A model generated the notes under the pieces. That model saw only the letters and a program-made list of their open reading frames with translations. It ran no database searches and had not been told where the DNA came from. Below are positions 33,085-39,180 of a stretch of DNA of 39,180 nt, piece after piece. The DNA comes from a virus (taxonomy: Duplodnaviria > Caudoviricetes), in the IMG/VR virus record IMGVR_UViG_3300037313_000797, positions 1 to 39,180 of that record; one strand, given 5' to 3'. Every line of letters begins with the position of its first letter. The first letter of the stretch is position 1. The position numbers were made by a program, and so were the translations under genes.

Positions 33085-34518
33085 TCAATCAATATCGAAC
33101 GAAGTTAAAGTGAAATCTTCACAAATTGACTCCAAATAGTCCTGTTCTGCACGAATTTCCATCTCATCTTCCTGTTCTTGGTAGTGCTCAGGCGTTCCAG
33201 GCAGATGCTTTTGAGCCACAGGTTCTGCCAACCAGTGGAGCGCTTCCCGGTAGGCGTAAAGAACGGCATCACAAATGTCTGAGTGGTAATTATCTGAAAT
33301 GACTTTCTTATCAGGCGTCGTCTTATCGAAGTCCCACTCAACCTTCATACAGTCTTGAGCAAAAGCTGAGGATTTCTTAGCTTTAAAGCGGCCCGTTCTC
33401 ATGGCGTCGTTTAATAACTCGATGAATTCGATCTTTCGAGTCTTCTCTGCGGCTTGAACCGGGATACCAAAGCGCGCGGTGATTTCTTCTGCGATCTTCT
33501 TGCCTAGGCCGCCTGTATCCATGACGATCTTGATCGGGTTATGCTTTTTGATCATCTCACCGATCTGATCGGCAAGGTCTGTGATGCCTTGCTTGCGAGT
33601 GAGCTTCTCTTCGATGAGATAGGACGTTCTCTCGTGTTCATGCCAGCCGATGACTGCAATCGCGTCAGCATCTTCAAACCCTAAGTCCACGCCAATGACT
33701 GTGTTCTTCTTACTGCGCCAGTCAGGAAGCTCTTTGTAATCGTTTTTTACCTCCTCATACGAGAATACAAGCGACTCATAATCAATCACCCAGCGCCCAT
33801 AGCACTCACGCTGAATCTTTGGATGCGAGAGTGTTACGCCCATGCGCTCACAATCTGCGTCAACTAAGGCTTGAACAGTTTTTCCACTCTTTTTCTCCAG
33901 ATGCGGATTCTGAAACATGGTCCAGAAATGATGATGATACGCCTTCGACTGCGTTTGATTATAAAAGTATCCGGCAGGAACCAAACCAGGGGTTCCAATG
34001 AGGCAAAGCGTTCCAGCGTAGTCGAATAGCGCCTTTGATAAAACGTCGTCGATAAGGTCTTCGATGTAGGCTCTAAAGCTTTGACACTCATCAACGTAGA
34101 CTTTCTTGAGTGGAAGACCTCGAAAATTCTCAATTTCATTTCGATCCTTTGCCCCTGAACAGTAGATGACTGATCGATTGGGGAAGGTGAGCGAGAGGTA
34201 AGTCTCATTAGGATCACCGCCCAAGTTAAAATCAGTGTTGATGCGCTTAAGCTCAGGCCAGACAAGCCTCATGGCGTTGTTGCGTCTTAAGGTCACGTAC
34301 AAGCACACAACGTCTGCATGCGAGAGTGCTGTGTGAATGAGATCTGCCGCGCACGCAATGGTTTTACCCGCACGACGTGAGCAAACTGCAGTCTTATACT
34401 GCGCAGGATCTTTGATGAATGCTAGCTGCTCTTTGAAACAGAAATCCTCTAGCCTGAATTTAGGGCCTGTGTCTCTGCGCTTAAGCTCAGTTAGGATCAG
34501 TGAGAAGCGATCATTCAT
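33085..34518 (-). CDS. terL: Terminase large subunit
   Basis: Walker A CSRRAGKT, Walker B VYVDE, motif III IGTP, nuclease GVDLG and C-terminal HSD. Confidence 0.95.
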   Translation of the reverse strand: MNDRFSLILTELKRRDTGPKFRLEDFCFKEQLAFIKDPAQYKTAVCSRRAGKTIACAADLIHTALSHADVVCLYVTLRRNNAMRLVWPELKRINTDFNLGGDPNETYLSLTFPNRSVIYCSGAKDRNEIENFRGLPLKKVYVDECQSFRAYIEDLIDDVLSKALFDYAGTLCLIGTPGLVPAGYFYNQTQSKAYHHHFWTMFQNPHLEKKSGKTVQALVDADCERMGVTLSHPKIQRECYGRWVIDYESLVFSYEEVKNDYKELPDWRSKKNTVIGVDLGFEDADAIAVIGWHEHERTSYLIEEKLTRKQGITDLADQIGEMIKKHNPIKIVMDTGGLGKKIAEEITARFGIPVQAAEKTRKIEFIELLNDAMRTGRFKAKKSSAFAQDCMKVEWDFDKTTPDKKVISDNYHSDICDAVLYAYREALHWLAEPVAQKHLPGTPEHYQEQEDEMEIRAEQDYLESICEDFTLTSFDID

Positions 34519-34528
34519 AGAATTGAAT

Positions 34529-34617
34529 TGGCGGAGAGCTAAGGACTCGAACCTTACTGCCTTTCAGCAGCCATCTTGTTAGCAACAAGCGATAGTACCC
34601 TGACTATTTAGCTCTCC
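34529..34617 (-). tRNA. tRNA-Ser(GCT)
   Basis: Acceptor GGAGAGC/GCTCTCC, G discriminator, encoded CCA; T-arm TAAGG-TTCGAGT-CCTTA; anticodon loop TTGCTAA; long variable arm CTGC/GCAG. Confidence 0.9.
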
Positions 34618-34622
34618 GTGAA

Positions 34623-34698
34623 TTGGCGGTCGGCGTCCCCATGCTCTGCATGAGTTGACCACGCTCAACGGGTGATCAGCCCGACTACGCGCCGCCAA
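34623..34698 (-). ncRNA. tRNA-sized cloverleaf RNA of unknown family
   Basis: Closing stems TTGGCGG/CCGCCAA and GCGT/ACGC enclosing three hairpins; ends CCGCCA. Confidence 0.6.
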
Positions 34699-34704
34699 AA
34701 TTGT

Positions 34705-34944
34705 TTACTTAGCCTTTGCTTCCTTTGCAGCGTCTACATCATCCACAAGCTCAATGTGCGTGATGTTTGAGAATGGAATCAGCACTTCTTTCATATGCTC
34801 GCCCTGGCGTGCCTTCACAACTACGCCCACGGCATTGAGTTCCATCTTGCATTCTTTGAGCTTTGTTGCCTCAAGCGTTTGCTGGCCTGCGAACTGAGTA
34901 ATGCCGATATGCGTGCGTAGGTTTACAATCTTTTTGCCCTTCAT
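34705..34944 (-). CDS. Small beta-rich protein (Sm-like fold possible)
   Basis: SD AGGAGG; VLIPFSNITHIEL. Confidence 0.7.
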   Translation of the reverse strand: MKGKKIVNLRTHIGITQFAGQQTLEATKLKECKMELNAVGVVVKARQGEHMKEVLIPFSNITHIELVDDVDAAKEAKAK

Positions 34945-35192
34945 TTTGATTCCTCCTGAATCTCGTTTTCAAGGCCAACGTATTTTACTTTCAGCTCAAG
35001 CTGATCAGCCTCATTCATGATCGTTAGAACTTGAAACGCAGTGATGCGGTAAGCTTCTTCAATAAAGCTTAGGCGGATGCTCTGGATTTCTCTTTCAATG
35101 AACTCATCAACTTTCGAAGCGATTAAGCTTCTAAAGCGAGAATTGATCCGTTCGGCAAGCTTATCTGCTTTATCTTGAATTGTTCCGCTCAT
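34941..35192 (-). CDS. Hypothetical protein
   Basis: SD GAGGAAG; ATGA overlaps. Confidence 0.65.
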   Translation of the reverse strand: MSGTIQDKADKLAERINSRFRSLIASKVDEFIEREIQSIRLSFIEEAYRITAFQVLTIMNEADQLELKVKYVGLENEIQEESK

Positions 35193-35461
35193 TTCTTCCT
35201 CTTCGTGCCCCACTTGCGCGGGCGCTGATTTGCTTCAACAGAGATGATGTGAAACGTGCCGTGCTGATCCTTCCAGTAGGTCTCACCCTTTGTGAGAAGT
35301 TCCGCGCAAATGTGTGGCGTCTTTGCAAACTGGGTGAGCTTCAAATAGGTATCAAGCGGTCCCCAGAATGGTTCTTGATCGGTCCATACATCACCATCAG
35401 GAAATTCTAACTGGTAGGTGATGTAGCGTGTCTCGCCTAGTGTGTGGTTTTTGATGCCCAT
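35189..35461 (-). CDS. Hypothetical protein
   Basis: TAATG overlap. Confidence 0.7.
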   Translation of the reverse strand: MGIKNHTLGETRYITYQLEFPDGDVWTDQEPFWGPLDTYLKLTQFAKTPHICAELLTKGETYWKDQHGTFHIISVEANQRPRKWGTKRKK

Positions 35462-35745
35462 TATGCTTCTTCCTCGCCAATTTTCGATATGTCTTTTGCG
35501 ATCATGTTTAGGGCGCTCAAGTCCCAGTGTATGCGGTCCTGTTTGCTTGGGTCGCTGTAGATGGTTATCGTGCCATAGGGCCGCAATGATACATAGTTTG
35601 CAGCAATCTCACGGGCATCTCTAAATCCCGCCTCATATGCCGCTCTCGCGTTGTCATTCCACGCATCAACAATGAGGTCCATAGTGGTTACTCGGAATCC
35701 GAACTTACTAAGTGCCTGATGCGCCAGATTCTCAATGAGCTTCAT
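35461..35745 (-). CDS. Hypothetical protein, paralog of 30531-30731
   Basis: MKLIE...GFRDAREI...GEEEA. Confidence 0.65.
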   Translation of the reverse strand: MKLIENLAHQALSKFGFRVTTMDLIVDAWNDNARAAYEAGFRDAREIAANYVSLRPYGTITIYSDPSKQDRIHWDLSALNMIAKDISKIGEEEA

Positions 35746-35748
35746 CTT

Positions 35749-36174
35749 TTAGATCCTATAAGGGTCATAAGTCATATGAGGGTTACCCGCCTGAATCGCC
35801 TTCGCATCAGGCGTTCTATGTGTAAAAACGAAGTTGTCAGAGATCTCTGCGGCCTTGAGCATGGCTGTAGCAACGCCAAGCTTTCGTGCGCGTGCTATGA
35901 CATAGGCATAATGGATCACGGCGTGATCAAAGTACTCATAAACTAGAAAACCCAAGATCACTTCAGGCTCATCCACATGCGCTGCAATCAGCACAATGGA
36001 GTTGCGCTTACTCAAAATATGATCCACAAGCCTTGAGTGCGCAGGATAATAGATCGAATCACGAATGGGACGCGCAAAGTCTGAGTGCTCTTTGTAATGC
36101 TTAAGCCACGTGGCTTTCACATACGCAAGCTCAGAGGACTGCATGAGGCGGATTTGGAGATCAGTCAAGGCCAA
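35749..36174 (-). CDS. GNAT-family N-acetyltransferase
   Basis: ILGFLVY...IHYAYVIARARKLGVATAML (acetyl-CoA-binding motif A). Confidence 0.85.
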   Translation of the reverse strand: MALTDLQIRLMQSSELAYVKATWLKHYKEHSDFARPIRDSIYYPAHSRLVDHILSKRNSIVLIAAHVDEPEVILGFLVYEYFDHAVIHYAYVIARARKLGVATAMLKAAEISDNFVFTHRTPDAKAIQAGNPHMTYDPYRI

Positions 36175-36457
36175 GCTCCTCTGCTAGGTGCTCTCTCAAT
36201 CCATACGACAGCGGATATTTGGACAAGACTGTATCCACCGCTTGCGTTAACTGAGTGCGTGTAATCTCAACCTTCTTCTCTTCAACTTCCCAGTCGTCAG
36301 CGATTAGGTCGGCAATTGTTAATGCGATGTCCTCATCGTCACTGCGCAGCAGAGCGCTCTCATTTCTGCAATCATATGGCTTCGCAAAACCTCGATACGT
36401 TGCCTCACTCTTGCGCCTAAACCGCTTCCCGCTCTTGATGGCTTCGATGATGGTCAT
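36161..36457 (-). CDS. DUF2829/Tad2-like small protein
   Basis: EAIKSGKRFRRK and DLIADDWEV. Confidence 0.6.
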   Translation of the reverse strand: MTIIEAIKSGKRFRRKSEATYRGFAKPYDCRNESALLRSDDEDIALTIADLIADDWEVEEKKVEITRTQLTQAVDTVLSKYPLSYGLREHLAEELGLD

Positions 36458-37080
36458 GCGACGCCTGCAAGAGTAATGAGTTGAGCTTGAACTTGATGCG
36501 CTGGCTTCACGTCGCGGTATGCGTGCATGTTTTCACGCGACCTTTCTCGTGCCTTCACCTTGCTGATTGTCTCCTTTTGAGCCTTAAGAACCATGTCTAA
36601 GAGCTCAGGAACCTGATCAGGCGACACGATGATGTCTTTGATCGAAGGGTTTGCGACCTTGAAGAACTTGAAATCTTTTACTGAGATCTTTTCTGTCCGT
36701 TCTTGTGGAAATGGATCAATCGCCTTGAATTCGCTTGCGAACATATTTCCACGAACAGGCATGACATGAAACTCTATCTGAGGTGCAATACATGCGATGC
36801 TGAAATGTAACTGACTCAACAGCTCTGCATATCTCACTGGATCATTCAGGCACGACCCGAGTCTTCCATATTCGAGTTCGATAGGGCTTGAGAGCGCATA
36901 AAGACGTGCGCCATCGTGTCTCATCACAAGTTGCATCTCGTAAGCGCCCCATAGATTTGATTGTTGGCGCATCGACAGATCCCATCCGGCCCTCGCAAGG
37001 CTCAAGGTGTTTCCCTTGAACCCGGCGAAAACAACATCGATGGGAAGGCTATGTAAGATTTCCCGTTCCAAGCTCTGCAT
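36454..37080 (-). CDS. Hypothetical protein (about 208 aa)
   Basis: VVFAGF...LARAGWDLS...IIVSPDQV...VQAQLI; start uncertain. Confidence 0.75.
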   Translation of the reverse strand: MQSLEREILHSLPIDVVFAGFKGNTLSLARAGWDLSMRQQSNLWGAYEMQLVMRHDGARLYALSSPIELEYGRLGSCLNDPVRYAELLSQLHFSIACIAPQIEFHVMPVRGNMFASEFKAIDPFPQERTEKISVKDFKFFKVANPSIKDIIVSPDQVPELLDMVLKAQKETISKVKARERSRENMHAYRDVKPAHQVQAQLITLAGVA

Positions 37081-37234
37081 ACGCATCAGCGATTTCCCTA
37101 TCGATGTTTGCAAGCACTGCCTGTGCTTGTAGTTTCTTGCGAAGAAGGACTTTGATCGTTTCCTTGGCCTTCTTCATTTGCTCATCTTGCAATTCTTTTT
37201 CTGCCGCTTCTTTGACTGCCTTAATATCCATCAT
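37049..37234 (-). CDS. Small helical protein
   Basis: SD AAGGA; MMDIKAVKEAAEKELQDE. Confidence 0.7.
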   Translation of the reverse strand: MMDIKAVKEAAEKELQDEQMKKAKETIKVLLRKKLQAQAVLANIDREIADAYAELGTGNLT

Positions 37235-37398
37235 GGTTTCTTTCCTTTTCTTATGATGATGACCTTCCATGGAAAGATTCGGTCCCAGATCGATTTCTTC
37301 TCTCTGAGTTTTTGTTTGCGGGCTTCAACCGCTTCGCGAAAAAGCTCTTCTTTCAGCTCAGCTTCGGCCTGCTTTAAGACTTCTTTCGGATCAATCAT
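37231..37398 (-). CDS. 55-aa helical protein
   Basis: ATGA overlaps on both sides; MIDPKEVLKQAEAELKEE...WDRIFPWKVIII (below track cutoff). Confidence 0.7.
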   Translation of the reverse strand: MIDPKEVLKQAEAELKEELFREAVEARKQKLREKKSIWDRIFPWKVIIIRKGKKP

Positions 37399-37799
37399 TG
37401 CTTCACCCTCTCAAATCCCAAGCGCTTAAGTTCAGCTTCAAGCTCAGAGTCTGTAAGATCAGAGAGGCGCTCGACTTCCTTCATGCGAGCCTCATCGACA
37501 ACAGTCATCTCAGTTGCCTTGCGCTTTGGGAGGATGTACTGGCATGCCTCTTTGGCTGCCTGCATGCGAAGCTCTGGTTTAATAATCTCTTCTTCGGCTT
37601 CAATGCCCGCTGCAGTGAAATAGGTGCGAGTGGCTTCTTCGTAACCCAAAGACTTCCAATCGCCCTTTGCGAAGTAGAGCAGGATCTCAAACGGATCAAC
37701 GCCAAGCTCCTCCATGCGATCAAAGAGGTCTTGGGTCTTTTTGTTAGGCGTGCCCTTGGTTCTGCCACCAGTCTTTGGTGATCCCTTGGCTTTAGGAAT
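37395..37799 (-). CDS. terS: Terminase small subunit, probable ATT start
   Basis: PKAKGSPKTGGRTKGTPNKKT lies in frame upstream of the track start; LRMQAAKEACQYILPKRKA; first late gene. Confidence 0.75.
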   Translation of the reverse strand: MPKAKGSPKTGGRTKGTPNKKTQDLFDRMEELGVDPFEILLYFAKGDWKSLGYEEATRTYFTAAGIEAEEEIIKPELRMQAAKEACQYILPKRKATEMTVVDEARMKEVERLSDLTDSELEAELKRLGFERVKQ

Positions 37800-37836
37800 A
37801 AGAAATCCTTTCTATTCCGATCTACTTTAGATTGCG

Positions 37837-37894
37837 CTTGAGAATTCACTTTAACTAAGTCCGCTATGTTGGCAACAATAAAGTGAAATCCAAG
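37837..37894. promoter_or_regulatory. Inverted repeat / divergent late control region
   Basis: TTCACTTTA(37845-37853)/TAAAGTGAA(37879-37887) flanked by CTTG/CAAG; minus strand TTGCCA-16-TAAAGT. Confidence 0.55.
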
Positions 37895-37915
37895 TCATGC
37901 TAGGAGGGCAAGACA

Positions 37916-38323
37916 ATGGTTCATAGCTACCCGAAACACTCGGATGAGAGCTTGTCGAAAGACTTTAAGGTGAGCGAGTTTGCATGTCCTTGTGATCACT
38001 GCGAAGAGACGCTGATTGATGATGAGCTTGTTTTAAGGCTTCAAGAACTCAGAGAAGCATTAGGGTTTCCGCTTAAGATCACGTCCGGTTATCGCTGCGA
38101 GCATCACCAAGAGGAACTCAGAGAAATGGGATTTGAGACGGCAGTAGGGAAATCCCAACATGAGCTAGGACGTGCGGCTGATGTGAAGACCGGCCATCAC
38201 TTAGGCATTGAGATTGAGGAAGCTGCTCGCTCTGTGGGCTTTAAGGCCGTAGGAGTTGGCAAAGCGTGGGCGCATGTCGATCTTAGAGATGATCGTGATC
38301 GGCGATGGAAGTACTCTTATTGA
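37916..38323 (+). CDS. Peptidase M15 family endolysin
   Basis: EFACPC, ITSGYRC, SQHELGRAAD and HVD motifs; SD AGGAGG. Confidence 0.9.
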   Translation: MVHSYPKHSDESLSKDFKVSEFACPCDHCEETLIDDELVLRLQELREALGFPLKITSGYRCEHHQEELREMGFETAVGKSQHELGRAADVKTGHHLGIEIEEAARSVGFKAVGVGKAWAHVDLRDDRDRRWKYSY

Positions 38324-38718
38324 GTAGTAGTGATACATTCTGATTCAGAGAAGCGAAGCGTCCCGGAGATCATATTTCTTTGTGTCCCGTTGATGCAGGT
38401 AAAAGTGTACGTTACTGAAGTCGGATCATTTGAAGAGCACGTCTCATTAGCGTTTCCGCCAGAGCAATCACGCTTTGTGGTACCATTGGAGTAAGTCGTC
38501 GTTACAAGTACAAGAATAGGCAGGCTTTGACAGGGCTGACCCGAAGGCAGAGAAAGATAGGCGACGTGACTGCAAGAGGTAATGCTTGTGATAGTTACGG
38601 CTGCCGTGGTTTGTACGGTGGCAGTCGAAGAAGAGTCGGGGCTTATTGTTGCGCTTGGACTTTGCCCGCATCCAACTAAGAGAAGCGCTACTGCAGCTAC
38701 TAGAATCACGCGTTTCAT
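38317..38718 (-). CDS. Cys-rich lipoprotein (superinfection-exclusion candidate)
   Basis: MKRVILVAAVALLLVG-C lipobox, Ser/Thr linker, six further Cys; co-oriented with the repressor. Confidence 0.8.
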   Translation of the reverse strand: MKRVILVAAVALLLVGCGQSPSATISPDSSSTATVQTTAAVTITSITSCSHVAYLSLPSGQPCQSLPILVLVTTTYSNGTTKRDCSGGNANETCSSNDPTSVTYTFTCINGTQRNMISGTLRFSESECITTTQ

Positions 38719-38809
38719 GCGCTCTCATAGAGCATAGGGCGTGCCTGATTTACGCGCTGATTCTATTCGGTATTCTACACAGGGGGTGTTTAAGAGTTAG
38801 GCACCTGCC

Positions 38810-39001
38810 TTATTCTTTTAAAAGATCGCGAACCTTGCAGCCGAGAAGCTTTGCCCATTTATTGAGTGTCGATAATTTTGGATCGGCGCCGGCGTGAAAT
38901 AAACGAAACACGTTTTTATACTCAATGTCTAATAGTTTGGCGAACTGTCGTTTAGACATTCCTTTTTTCTTGAGTGCTTCCCCGAGCGCAAGCTTTGCCA
39001 T
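38810..39001 (-). CDS. Cro/C1-type HTH protein
   Basis: LKKKGMSKRQFAKLLDI...PKLSTLNKWAKLLGCKVRDL. Confidence 0.85.
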   Translation of the reverse strand: MAKLALGEALKKKGMSKRQFAKLLDIEYKNVFRLFHAGADPKLSTLNKWAKLLGCKVRDLLKE

Positions 39002-39053
39002 CCTCTCAGGTTAAAAGGGCCTCTCATGCTGCGATAGCCCCTCACTAGAGCGA

Positions 39054-39180
39054 GGGGGGGGGTAAGTATCTGAATTGGAATGATTCTTAACTGACTAACA
39101 TTCAGGGAATAAAAACCGATAGGAAACACATAAGGAGTTGGGGGCGAAAAGCGCTTACGTTCCGGAACCCCCAACTCGTC
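39054..39180. repeat. Terminal direct repeat, copy 2 (circular assembly overlap)
   Basis: Identical to 1-127. Confidence 0.97.

Larger units (their letters stand above)
1..39180. mobile_element. Complete circular temperate tailed phage genome (podovirus-like), excised form
   Basis: Exact 127-bp end overlap; lysogeny switch, integrase, replication, packaging, head, short-tail and lysis modules all present; no host housekeeping genes. Confidence 0.95.

Noticed and set aside
34577-34587. Amber suppressor tRNA (CTA) and genome recoding
   Set aside because: The 7-nt loop TTGCTAA centres on GCT; genes read intact in the standard code and TAG is used as a stop

Overview
The window is almost certainly one complete, circularly assembled temperate tailed-phage genome of about 39,053 bp: bases 1-127 are repeated exactly at 39054-39180. 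It has a lambda-like switch (CI-like repressor and Cro-like gene with three palindromic operators). The rightward early arm carries a Cas4-like nuclease, an SSB, an orphan IS66 TnpA/TnpB-like pair, a large serine integrase, a replication initiator with iterons, a collagen/beta-helix protein and many small ORFs. The leftward late arm is podovirus-like: TerS, TerL, portal, scaffold, major capsid, adaptor, nozzle, three ejection-type proteins, fibre genes and membrane lysis genes. There is also a tRNA-Ser(GCT), an M15 endolysin and a lipoprotein. Most notable: (1) a tRNA-3'-end-like palindromic att core inside the last codons of the integrase, placed so that integration would rewrite the integrase C-terminus and cut the replication genes off from the lytic promoter; (2) IS66 accessory genes without a transposase beside that integrase; (3) a gene in tail-fibre position with a Sec-type signal peptide and 18 cysteines; (4) a tRNA-sized cloverleaf RNA with no T-loop next to the tRNA; (5) an apparent AUU start for TerS. 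All protein calls come from motif recognition and synteny by eye; no searches were run and the host is unknown.
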